Shown here in pieces: positions 10,998-20,054 of a stretch of DNA of 64,000 bases. Below the pieces are notes generated by a model. The model had not been told where the DNA came from. It saw only the letters and a list, made by a program, of their open reading frames with translations, and searched no databases. The stretch is from the NCBI GenBank assembly GCA_965248535.1, contig CBDFJR010000005.1:1984001-2048000 (forward strand), written 5' to 3'. This DNA is from Phormidesmis sp. Lineage in GTDB: Bacteria; Cyanobacteriota; Cyanobacteriia; Leptolyngbyales; Leptolyngbyaceae. Position numbers and translations under genes: made by a program. How positions within the stretch are numbered: the stretch's first letter is position 1; every line of letters starts with the position of its first letter.

Positions 10998-12337
10998 CAA
11001 CAGCAGGCAGTTTCTTAGAACGTAGTTTTGATCAATTGGTAGACGCGATCGCCAACGAGCTTAAACCCGACGAACAGTTCACCCTCAGCCTAAACAGTGA
11101 GCAAAGCCAATTTACGCGATTTAACCACGCCAAAGTCCGGCAAACCGGATCGGTCAATGATGGCACCTTGTCTCTCACCCTGATGCAAGAGCAGCGCAGC
11201 AGTGATCATCAGTTTCCCTTTACGGGAGATTTAGAGGTCGATCGACCCAGAGCCACAATTGCTTTAGAGGCGTTGCGAAGAGAGGTGTCTCAACTGCCAG
11301 CCAACCCTTATCTGGTGTTGCCGTCGGGCAAAGAAACGAGCCAGGAAATCTACACGGGGCAGCTTTTGGCGATCGATGAAGTGGTGCCAACTCTGCTGTC
11401 TGTGGTTGCAGATCTTGATTTCACAGGCATCTACGCCGCCGGATTGATGATTCGCGCTTACGCCGATTCGGTCGGACAAAAGCACTGGTTTGCGACTGAT
11501 TCCTTCTCGCTTGACTATTCCCTGTTCACGCCCGATGGTCAAGCGGTCAAAGGCACCTTTGCGGGCGATCGTTGGGATCAGGCTGCCTACGTCGCTAAAA
11601 TTCAAACCTCAAGACTGCAACTCGATCGCCTCAGCCAGCCGCCCAAATCGATCGGACGGGGCCGCTATCGCACCTATTTAGCCCCAGCCGCGATCGCCGA
11701 ACTGGTGGATATGCTGTCTTGGGGCGGCGTGAGTGAGTCGTCTTATCAGCAGGGCGGCAGTTGTTTCGGCGCGATGCGGCGCGGTGAAAAGAAACTCTCG
11801 CCTAAGTTCACGCTGCGCGAAAATTTTCGGCATGGGCTGGTGCCCCGATTTAATGATTTGGGCGAAGTTGCCCCGCTAGATCTGGCGATCGTCCAAGACG
11901 GTGAGCTAGCCAATATGCTCATATCGTCTAAAACGGCCAAAGAATATAAGCTGGTTGCCAATGGTGCAGATCAAGGAGAATCTCTACGATCGCCCGAAAT
12001 CTCGCCCGGTGAGTTGGCTAGCGATCAGATTTTGGCAACCTTGGGAACAGGTTTATATCTCTCAAACCTGCACTATTTGAACTGGAGCGATCGCCCCACC
12101 GGACGGATCACGGGCATGACCCGCTATGCCTGTTTTTGGGTCGAAAATGGCGAAATTGTGGCCCCGATCGAAAATCTGCGGTTTGATGACAGCTTCTATC
12201 AATTTTGGGGCGAAAATCTAGTCGCGTTGACCAACTTCCAAGAATTCATTCCCGATGTGGGCACTTACGAAAATCGCAATCTTGGCGGCTCTTGGGTTCC
12301 TGGAATGATGGTGAATGATTTCACCTACACGCTCTAA
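10994..12337 (+). CDS. TldE/PmbA-family protein (non-catalytic partner)
   Basis: ATGA overlap with tldD; TRFNHAKV, ITGMTR, ENLRF motifs; no HExxH. Confidence 0.88.
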   Translation: MTTAGSFLERSFDQLVDAIANELKPDEQFTLSLNSEQSQFTRFNHAKVRQTGSVNDGTLSLTLMQEQRSSDHQFPFTGDLEVDRPRATIALEALRREVSQLPANPYLVLPSGKETSQEIYTGQLLAIDEVVPTLLSVVADLDFTGIYAAGLMIRAYADSVGQKHWFATDSFSLDYSLFTPDGQAVKGTFAGDRWDQAAYVAKIQTSRLQLDRLSQPPKSIGRGRYRTYLAPAAIAELVDMLSWGGVSESSYQQGGSCFGAMRRGEKKLSPKFTLRENFRHGLVPRFNDLGEVAPLDLAIVQDGELANMLISSKTAKEYKLVANGADQGESLRSPEISPGELASDQILATLGTGLYLSNLHYLNWSDRPTGRITGMTRYACFWVENGEIVAPIENLRFDDSFYQFWGENLVALTNFQEFIPDVGTYENRNLGGSWVPGMMVNDFTYTL

Positions 12338-12600
12338 GACTTGAGTAAAAAGGGCTGCTCATAGAGGCGAGTAATTTGAAACGTGATCTGGGTTTCGCCA
12401 TTTTGCCAGGTGAGTTGCACGATCGTCACATCGGCATGAGCCACCCAATGCTGATCGACTAAGGGAATGGGCACATCGATCGGAATAATTCGATACTCTA
12501 ATTTTTTGACGTGATGCGTTGCGTTTAGCTCTAACTTATCGGGATATCCCTGCGACGAATTCAGCTTTAAAATGCTGTTAACTTGACATGGCATTCCCAT
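12334..12600 (-). CDS. DUF2584-like small protein (88 aa)
   Basis: MGMPCQVNSILKL..YRIIPIDVPI..LTWQNGET; GGAG RBS upstream. The longer ORF in the track is an artefact of the adjacent IS end. Confidence 0.75.
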   Translation of the reverse strand: MGMPCQVNSILKLNSSQGYPDKLELNATHHVKKLEYRIIPIDVPIPLVDQHWVAHADVTIVQLTWQNGETQITFQITRLYEQPFLLKS

Positions 12601-12790
12601 AGCAGACTCCATAAATTGACATCCTCTACGCCCAACCCTGCGGGTATGAACGCAGATTCCCAAGACTCACGACTTAGGTTTCTGCTTCACAAGCACTTGA
12701 CTAGGCATTGCTGCCCCCGCCAGTACGCCTCCACAGACTGTTTCTTCTACCGTGTGCCCCACGGCGGATAATCCTCGATTTCGGATCACT
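12596..12790 (-). ncRNA. Predicted omega/reRNA: scaffold overlapping the tnpB 3' end plus a flank-derived guide
   Basis: Inferred from established TnpB biology; the guide would be TTTATGGAGTCTGCTATGGG. The 5' boundary is approximate. Confidence 0.55.
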
Positions 12791-13902
12791 TGTCCGGCTG
12801 CCACATCCCGGTTCGTAGTGTAGCCACACTCTTGGCAGTGATGCACTCTTTCACTTAACTCTTTTTTGCCCGTGTGCGCCTCGCAGTTCGGGCAAGTCTG
12901 ACTCGTGCCGTTCGGATTCACCTTGCCAAAAGGCACCGACCGCTTCCAGCACACCCAGGGAAGTATTTGATTCAGGAATTGACCAAATCCAGCATCAAGC
13001 GTGTGCTTGCCCAGCATTCCTTTTGCCATAATTCGGAAGTCCAAATCCTCAACAAAAATCATGCCTGCCTGGTCGCACAAGTGATGAGCCTGCTTAAAGT
13101 GAAAGTCTTTGCGCGTGTCCGCAATCCGTTCATGCACTCTGGCGATTTTCTGGTTAAGTTTGCGCCGATTGTTCGAGCCTAATGTCTTGCGTTTCAGTCT
13201 GCGTTGCAGCAATTCCAACTGGCGGTGCAGTGATTTGAAGAACTTAGGACGCGGCACTAACTCTCCGTCTGAGGTGGCAAAGAATGACTCCAACCCGACA
13301 TCTACACCCACGGGATGACCGTGAATCGGTGCATCAGGAATCGTGACATCTGCCTGTAAAGACAGCATCACAAAGTAGCCTGATGCTCGTTTGACAATTC
13401 GAGCCTGCTTAATCTCAAACCCATCAGGAATGGGACGCGATAACCGCAACTTGACAACGCCCAGTTGCGGCAATTTAACGGTGTCTCCCACCATTGGAGT
13501 TTTGAGCATTTGTGGAAACACGAATGAGCGTTGTCTGCTCCATTTCTTGAATCTGGGAAAGCCTAACCCTCTCGTTTTCATGTCCTCAAACGCTCTATCC
13601 AGTGTCCTTAAAACTTGCTGCAACACTTGAGCATTGACGCTTCCCAGTTCAGGATTGGTCGTCTTCGCCTGAGTTAGTGATTTAGCTTGTTTGTGGTAAT
13701 TGGGATAAGGAGCATCAGGAGCCATGATGTATTCGGCCACGAGTGAGCAAGCATTGATGGAGCACTTACGGGAAGCACTCCAGTCTTTGCGTTCTCTCAA
13801 AGCAAAGTTCCACACCTGGCGGCAAACCTCTAACACATGGTCAATGAGGACTGTCTGTTCGGGCGTGGGAATCAGCTTGTACTCGTAGGTGAAGGTGATC
13901 AT
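12667..13902 (-). CDS. tnpB: RNA-guided endonuclease TnpB, catalytic triad intact
   Basis: RuvC-I GVDVG, RuvC-II FVEDL, Zn finger CPNC/CQEC, RuvC-III NRDVAA. Confidence 0.96.
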   Translation of the reverse strand: MITFTYEYKLIPTPEQTVLIDHVLEVCRQVWNFALRERKDWSASRKCSINACSLVAEYIMAPDAPYPNYHKQAKSLTQAKTTNPELGSVNAQVLQQVLRTLDRAFEDMKTRGLGFPRFKKWSRQRSFVFPQMLKTPMVGDTVKLPQLGVVKLRLSRPIPDGFEIKQARIVKRASGYFVMLSLQADVTIPDAPIHGHPVGVDVGLESFFATSDGELVPRPKFFKSLHRQLELLQRRLKRKTLGSNNRRKLNQKIARVHERIADTRKDFHFKQAHHLCDQAGMIFVEDLDFRIMAKGMLGKHTLDAGFGQFLNQILPWVCWKRSVPFGKVNPNGTSQTCPNCEAHTGKKELSERVHHCQECGYTTNRDVAAGQVIRNRGLSAVGHTVEETVCGGVLAGAAMPSQVLVKQKPKS

Positions 13903-13908
13903 GGCGCA

Positions 13909-13917
13909 ATATTAGCA
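13909..13917 (-). promoter_or_regulatory. Extended -10 giving a leaderless tnpB transcript
   Basis: TGcTAATAT-TGCGCC-ATG; no SD. Confidence 0.6.
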
Positions 13918-14117
13918 TATCTACACTCAGCTATTATCTGTGTAGATATCTGAGAGATTGACGGTTTCCGTGCCTTCAACCGTCCGCCTATCCCCCATAC
14001 GACTAAACGGAGTACCGTTATAGTCGCAGTGCTCCGGCGTTCTTGATAGGGTTGAAACTTTCTGATTGCAGGTTAAAGCTGCATACTTAAACGACACTTC
14101 ACTTTTCTCAAAGTCTA

Positions 14118-16976
14118 TCAGATTGACTTCATAGATTTATAAGCTGGCCGCCGAGTGGGAATCTCAATCACAAACTCCGCGCCTTCGCCCGGCTGCGATT
14201 GACACCACAATTTACCCCCATGTTTTTCAATAATTTGATAACTGATGGATAACCCTAATCCAGTGCCTTGACCAATAGGTTTTGTGGTGAAAAACGGGTC
14301 AAAAAGCTTTGATTTAACATCTTCACTAATGCCCACTCCTGTGTCTTTAACAGAAATTTGTATCCAGTCATCATTAATTTTTTTAGTTAGGAGAGTAATC
14401 ATTCTTTTGAACTCTGAATTTGATGTTAGCGAGCGATCGTGCTGTTCTTGAATGGCATCGATTGCATTCGTAATTAGGTTCATCAAAACTTGATTGAGTT
14501 GACTTGCAAAACACTCGACTAAGGGTAACTCACTATATTGTTTTAAAATCGTGATCTCGTCATAGTTAGCGTTGGCTTTAGTTCGATGCTGCAAAATCAT
14601 CAAGGCGCTATCAATGCCTTCATGAATGTTGACTGACTTGATTTCTGATTGATCGAGACGAGAGAAATTTTGCAGTGACAGAACGATTTCGCGAATCCGA
14701 TCGGCCCCCACGGTTAACGAAGAAAACAACTGCGGTAAGTCTTTGAGCACAAAGTCTAAATCTGCGGCAGCCGCTTGTTTAAGAATCACTTCAGGCGGTT
14801 CGAGACACTCATTTTGATAGAGTTGCAGAAGGGTTAACACCTGATTAATATAGCCTTTTAAGTGAGCCAGATTGCCATAGATAAAATTGATAGGATTGTT
14901 AATTTCATGGGCAACGCCTGCTACTAGTTGACCTAAGCTAGACATTTTTTCGCTTTGAATCAAATGGCTCTGAGTATGTTTTAGATAATCTAATGTTTCT
15001 GAAAGTTTTTGCGCTTGCTCACGAGTTTGATTGAGCAATGTCGCGTGCTGTAAGGCGATGCTTAACTGTTGACTAATCTGACTAATGAATTTGATTTCAG
15101 AGGGTTGCCAGTCTCGATAGCTTCGACACTGCTGGATGCACAACAAGCCCCAGAGATAATCTTGCCTAAACAACGGCACTACTAGATTTGCTTTGATTTC
15201 AAACTGCGCCAGCATCTTAAGATAACACTCGTCGTGCCCCCCTTCATTAACATTAGAAATGGCGTGAATCTCTCCCTGGCGATATTTTTGAACGAACCCT
15301 TCTGAGTTGCAAAGATCGGCAATTTCGACATCAAGGGTCACTGGAAACTCAGGTAAGACATCTTCGGCCATCACGGCTCCCCCTTCACACGCAGTCTCTG
15401 AATGGAAGCGATAAACTAGAACCCGATCGGCATCCAATATTTGTCTAATTTCAGTGGCAACGGCTTTAAAAATTACATCAATTTCTAGGGATTCTCTAAT
15501 CTTGGTGATGATTTTTGAAAGGGTTTTTTGCTGCTCAAAGGACTGATGCAATTCTCTATTAGACTGCTGAAGTTCTTCAGTGCGGGTTTGCACTTGCTGC
15601 TCTAAATTGACGTTGAGCAATCGCACTTGCTGGTGCAGTCGATATTGCTTAGTCGCATTGGCAAACCGCTCACCCAACGCCTGCGCTAGCTTAGTTTCGC
15701 CCGCCGTCCAGGGGTGGGCTTGCCCCGTTTTTAGCTGTCGCCATGTTTCAAATGACTGACGCGCCATCAGTTGACGAGTGTCGGGGTCATGACTGCCTGC
15801 CCAAAGAATCTCGGTGATTGCTTCGTCGCGACCAATGGTTAAACAGCCCAAAATCTCTGACCCCGATCGCAGCGGCACAATCATTAGCCCGCGGGTCTGA
15901 GTGTTTTGAAAATAAGGAGCTAACGTCCGAAATAGAGGTTCTTTATAAAGGTCGTTGATGACCCACAGATCGCAGTCTAAGCAGGAGTCTTGCGGCAGTT
16001 CTTTTAACTCATAGACTAATCTCATCCATTCGACAGACCAGGGTTTAACGCCGTCTGACAAACTATTTACTGCTGACCACAAATACTGGTTCCAGAGGTG
16101 ATTTTCTTCGATCAGGCGATTATGTTCGAGCCGTTTTGGTTGATTTCCCCAAAGATAGAGTTCGCTGCTTTGATCGCCCACCGCGAGTAAATATAGCCGC
16201 CCGCTAGAACCTTGCAAGGCAGAAACCGCTTCTTCGAGGGCAGATTGTAGTTGAACTGTAGGACTGGCGTGAAGCAGGGTGGTCACCTGGTTGATGACCG
16301 ATTGGTGCTGCACCTGTTGACGCACTTGAGTGAGCAAAATCGACTGCGCGATCGCCACTGACACCTGATCGACTACGGCCTGAATAAATTGCAGTTCTTC
16401 TTCGCTGACGCTGCGAGGGTCGGCATGATGGGACACCAGCAGACCCCATAACTGGGCAGATGTGCCGAGAGACGGGGGTTGATTGTTTCCGGTTTCGCGG
16501 CTTTCTAGCACGATCGGCACCACAACCGAAGACTTGACCCCCATGGCCGTCAAATATTCTACATGGCAGGGATCGACAGGTCGATAGCGCAGGTCTTGAG
16601 GCTCTGTGATCTCTCCAGTTTCGGGGCAGTTAAGCGGACTGATGCCGATTTTATGGCAGGTCAGATCGACGACCGATCGCTGCCGTGCCCGCACAAACAA
16701 CTCCCGCGCATAGGGCGGAATATCATCGGCTGGAAAATTTAAGCCCAGCAGAGAGGGTAGCCGATTATCTTGAATGGATTCAGCAATCACGACTCCGTGA
16801 GCATCGGGGCCAAACTGGTAGATTTTGACGCGATCGGTGCCCAGATACGATCGGACTTCTGCAACGGTTGCACTCAAGATCTCTTGCAGTTCGAGCGATT
16901 GCCGAATTCGATTAGCAATGCGTCGCAAAAGAATTTCTTGAGTTAACGTCGCATGTCCGTCTTGAGGGTGTTGCAT
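14118..16976 (-). CDS. Knotless phytochrome (GAF-PHY) + cyanobacteriochrome GAF + histidine kinase (All2699/AphC-like)
   Basis: GAF1 PADDIP and VDPCHVEYL; tongue W-A-G...ARQSF..W; GAF3 DLCN...DECY; H-box VAHEINNP; G boxes DTGVG, GTGLGL. Confidence 0.9.
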   Translation of the reverse strand: MQHPQDGHATLTQEILLRRIANRIRQSLELQEILSATVAEVRSYLGTDRVKIYQFGPDAHGVVIAESIQDNRLPSLLGLNFPADDIPPYARELFVRARQRSVVDLTCHKIGISPLNCPETGEITEPQDLRYRPVDPCHVEYLTAMGVKSSVVVPIVLESRETGNNQPPSLGTSAQLWGLLVSHHADPRSVSEEELQFIQAVVDQVSVAIAQSILLTQVRQQVQHQSVINQVTTLLHASPTVQLQSALEEAVSALQGSSGRLYLLAVGDQSSELYLWGNQPKRLEHNRLIEENHLWNQYLWSAVNSLSDGVKPWSVEWMRLVYELKELPQDSCLDCDLWVINDLYKEPLFRTLAPYFQNTQTRGLMIVPLRSGSEILGCLTIGRDEAITEILWAGSHDPDTRQLMARQSFETWRQLKTGQAHPWTAGETKLAQALGERFANATKQYRLHQQVRLLNVNLEQQVQTRTEELQQSNRELHQSFEQQKTLSKIITKIRESLEIDVIFKAVATEIRQILDADRVLVYRFHSETACEGGAVMAEDVLPEFPVTLDVEIADLCNSEGFVQKYRQGEIHAISNVNEGGHDECYLKMLAQFEIKANLVVPLFRQDYLWGLLCIQQCRSYRDWQPSEIKFISQISQQLSIALQHATLLNQTREQAQKLSETLDYLKHTQSHLIQSEKMSSLGQLVAGVAHEINNPINFIYGNLAHLKGYINQVLTLLQLYQNECLEPPEVILKQAAAADLDFVLKDLPQLFSSLTVGADRIREIVLSLQNFSRLDQSEIKSVNIHEGIDSALMILQHRTKANANYDEITILKQYSELPLVECFASQLNQVLMNLITNAIDAIQEQHDRSLTSNSEFKRMITLLTKKINDDWIQISVKDTGVGISEDVKSKLFDPFFTTKPIGQGTGLGLSISYQIIEKHGGKLWCQSQPGEGAEFVIEIPTRRPAYKSMKSI

Positions 16977-17149
16977 AGAGCCACTTCTAAAAAAGGACTT
17001 AGGAAGATTGACCTTAGCGTTCCCAAGAGTTTGAAATGACGCACCCTCAAGTCTCTGCGGGTCAGTCTGTCTAGCGAGTCTAGAAGTCTACACTGCCTAA
17101 AGAAATGTCAGTTCGACGAGTTTTTTCGCTTCGTTCTCAGCGGCTTGTG

Positions 17150-17181
17150 CCCCCTAAATTCCCCATAATGGGGAGATTTAG
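17150..17181. repeat. Short dispersed palindromic repeat, CCCCTAAATCCCC...GGGGACTT family
   Basis: Related degenerate copies at 33694-33722 and 61035-61062, all intergenic or at gene boundaries. Confidence 0.55.
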
Positions 17182-17254
17182 TGGGCTTCCCGAATTCATA
17201 ATCGGAGTGAATCACTTCTATCAAACTCACGTTAAAGAAACATGACGAATTTTC

Positions 17255-18619
17255 TCAAAAAGGGTAAAGAGACAAAAGATTTTGCCACCAGGGAAGCACC
17301 TGACCCTGAATCTGCGGAATTTTTTTGCGGATGTCTTGAATCTTCCAACCTGTGAGCCGGGCCAGGGTTTGGGCTTGTTGCTCAGAGCGTTGGCGCAGCG
17401 ATCGCTGATATTGCCCGCCTGCCGAGCATTTCATCTCGCCTGTAAACGCATGTCGCAACACAAATCGCCCCTGAAATGAATCGCGATTTGCAGTTTCTTG
17501 GAACATCAAATCTTCAGGAAATTTATCGCGAGTGTAGCGCACATGCAATCGAGTGATGAATACACTAGAATTCAACCCAGAACGCGGAATGCCAGGCGGA
17601 ACAAACGTGGAACTATCGCTAGGGTTATCTAACCAAAAAACGCCTGCTTGCTTTAATTCTTGGCGATCGAGGGGTTCGGCAGAGCAGGGGTCGCAGTTGC
17701 TCATATCCCAGGCATATTCTAGAAAGGCGGTGTTTTTGCCCTCGCGATCGTAGGCCGTTGTAAACGTTGATTTATAAAAATCGCTAAATTCATCTTTGAC
17801 AAAGAGCGGCACTTCAGCATCAGCAGGCATTTTGACGGTGCGATAGTTGGTCACTTCTGCCTGTCCTTTAGGCGACAAAATGTAGATCAGCAGATCTTGA
17901 GCGCTCTGAGCGTTGACCATGCCTAAGCGAATCGGCAGCATAAAGCGCGGCGACTCATAGGCAATCTGCAATGGGCGCAAGTTTTGAAACCCAGCTTTGT
18001 CGAACTCCGACAGGTTGACTTTAGCCACAAAAAACTTCAGCTTTTGACGAATGTATGGCTTTAATAGCTGCCGTGCCCCTGGCGGAATTTTGTAGCCATT
18101 TTCAATCAGCCAGGCTTCTAGCCCACCCGACTCCTTAGCCCCCAAAATCAGAATGTCATATTCACCCACTGTGAATTTAGCTTCGATCGTCACCCCTCGC
18201 GCCTCATTGCGGCTTGCCTGCCCAACGGCTGGGGCCGATGCGGCCATGGGAAGTGCGCGATCGTAGAGATATTGTGGCGCACAGGGGTCAGGGTCAAAAT
18301 ATTCGACGAGTCGCGGCGCACTGAAGGCATCCAATCGCTCAATGATTTTTGAGCTAGCAATCTGCACTTGTTCTTTTTTGAGAACGGTGGGGACTGGAAC
18401 CACGATCGCAAAGTCTTTGACCTCGCCCCGAAAGTCGTTTGCCATCGTCAACACGGTGCGTTTGCCATCACGAGCGATCGCCACTTGAGAAGCCTGGTTA
18501 TAAAGCTTAGCATCCGCTTTAGCCACATAAAAGCCACAGAATGCCCACGCCTTGGGTACAAAAATAAAGCAGCTTAGACATACGATTAAAGACGCGATGA
18601 GAATGCGAAAAGATTTCAT
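17255..18619 (-). CDS. DUF2330-family exported protein
   Basis: Signal peptide then AFCGFYVAKAD; FLEYAWD..CDPC; FITRLH. Confidence 0.85.
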   Translation of the reverse strand: MKSFRILIASLIVCLSCFIFVPKAWAFCGFYVAKADAKLYNQASQVAIARDGKRTVLTMANDFRGEVKDFAIVVPVPTVLKKEQVQIASSKIIERLDAFSAPRLVEYFDPDPCAPQYLYDRALPMAASAPAVGQASRNEARGVTIEAKFTVGEYDILILGAKESGGLEAWLIENGYKIPPGARQLLKPYIRQKLKFFVAKVNLSEFDKAGFQNLRPLQIAYESPRFMLPIRLGMVNAQSAQDLLIYILSPKGQAEVTNYRTVKMPADAEVPLFVKDEFSDFYKSTFTTAYDREGKNTAFLEYAWDMSNCDPCSAEPLDRQELKQAGVFWLDNPSDSSTFVPPGIPRSGLNSSVFITRLHVRYTRDKFPEDLMFQETANRDSFQGRFVLRHAFTGEMKCSAGGQYQRSLRQRSEQQAQTLARLTGWKIQDIRKKIPQIQGQVLPWWQNLLSLYPF

Positions 18620-18629
18620 AGAGAATCCT

Positions 18630-19487
18630 TTAGAGAGAACGATTTAATTCAAGAGTGATATCAGTTGAAGCATTCCAAGAAAACCGAGGCGCTGTCCAGA
18701 TCCAATCTAGCAAGATACTCAGAGGAGCCAACATAACCAACGCCCAGAGCACCGCCGTTGAAACAAAAAAATAATTGCGAAGAATAAAGGTGAGAAGCGC
18801 GATCGAGACTGCCCAAATCAATCGACCCATCCGCGCATTGGGAATCGTGCGCGGATCGGTGATCATAAACAGCGCAAATAACAGCAGCGAACCACTGGTG
18901 AGTCGATGCGCCCAAACATCCCAAGTCCAGCCTAGCCAGACGTTGCGAACTGCCTCTAACCCTGCGTAAGTTCCCAAAAACGCAACGGTCGTGTCCCAAC
19001 GTCCCACTTGTTTGAGCACGAGTCCGCCCGCGCTGAGAAACAGCAGAGCATACCAGCGTTCTTCGCCCCACTGACCCGGCGACACCCAAGCATCGGGGGT
19101 GATCAACAGCGCTGCAATAATGCCAAAATTAGCGGGGTTAAAAATGTGTTTGTCATTCACCCGCAGCACAAATTTGCTGAGAATCGCTGCGATACTCGCG
19201 AGGACGATCGTGCTGTAGTGATCCGCCCGCAGCAGCAAACTTAACCCCAACGAGGTAATTAATGCGCTCGGAATTGAATGACTAATGGATTTGAGAACGG
19301 AGGCGCGATCGGGCAATTCACCCTCTGCTCTCGTTGCCCATAACAGGATGGTTTGAGTCAACAAGCAAGTGGCGATCGTCGCTAAAATCATCCCCGCTTG
19401 CAGAGTCCAATCTCGCGTTCCTATGCCTAAAACGAGGAACAGAGATAGAAAGATAATCTGGTAAATTCGGGCATCTTGAGGAAACAT
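18630..19487 (-). CDS. Stand-alone NqrB/RnfD-like membrane protein
   Basis: KHIFNPANFG and FMITDPRT motifs; polytopic. Confidence 0.8.
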   Translation of the reverse strand: MFPQDARIYQIIFLSLFLVLGIGTRDWTLQAGMILATIATCLLTQTILLWATRAEGELPDRASVLKSISHSIPSALITSLGLSLLLRADHYSTIVLASIAAILSKFVLRVNDKHIFNPANFGIIAALLITPDAWVSPGQWGEERWYALLFLSAGGLVLKQVGRWDTTVAFLGTYAGLEAVRNVWLGWTWDVWAHRLTSGSLLLFALFMITDPRTIPNARMGRLIWAVSIALLTFILRNYFFVSTAVLWALVMLAPLSILLDWIWTAPRFSWNASTDITLELNRSL

Positions 19488-19576
19488 AGAAGCCGTGCCA
19501 CAACATGATCAGCATTATGCACGGGTGAGAAAAAATTTCAGCGATCGTTTCTCTTTTAGTAACGCTAGCGGAGTGC

Positions 19577-19934
19577 GGTAATGTTCCAGACGTGTTGTTG
19601 TGAGCTTGCAAATCTGGTGAATAGATGGGGCAATCCTTCAAGGCATTCCCTAGCATGGTACTAGAACCCATTCACTGCCCTAGTTGCGACAGAATCGATG
19701 TGATTCAGCATGGCAAAAGTCTGAATGTCAACGCAGCACGTTTATTCAAGATTATAGTTAGGTCGCCTCTGCTCCTCAAGTGAAGCAGCAGATCAGCGAC
19801 ATAGCAATTGGCACGCAAAACCATTTGCTTTTCCAAGTCGATAGGGATGCATGATGTAGTGATTGGACTGTTCATCAATCGAGTCATATTTGGACTCCCC
19901 ATCTAGACCCGAACAACACGTCTAGAACATTACC
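19577..19934 (+). mobile_element. Internally deleted IS1-family element (358 bp)
   Basis: 23-bp terminal IRs GGTAATGTTCCAGACGTGTTGTT / AACAACACGTCTAGAACATTACC (1 mismatch). InsA N-terminus MVLEPIHCPSCD..HGKS from ATG 19655; InsB C-terminus LARKTICFSKS..MHDVVIGLFINR. No target duplication. Confidence 0.88.
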
Positions 19935-20054
19935 CAATCATCACTGAACGCTCTTCACAATCAGGACTGCTCTGGATTCTACGTTCTCTTCTCGATAGTT
20001 CCAACCCCTGCTACTCAATTGTTAAGAAACGTATGGGTTTGCCCTGCCCTGGGG

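Larger units (their letters stand above)
12616..14045 (-). mobile_element. IS200/IS605-family element, tnpB-only (IS1341-like), about 1.43 kb
   Basis: On the minus strand the right end reads ...GAGGATGTCAA (ends 12616). The left end CAAGAACGCC... has a subterminal hairpin CGACTATAACGG-TACT-CCGTTTAGTCG and is preceded by CCTAT (candidate TAM). No tnpA; no HIP1 octamer seen inside. Confidence 0.88.

Noticed and set aside
9558..12337. tldDE as part of a RiPP cluster
   Set aside because: No precursor peptide or modifying enzymes nearby.
19705..19902. 65-aa minus-strand ORF as nirD
   Set aside because: No Rieske-like sequence; it is the antisense of the IS1 remnant.
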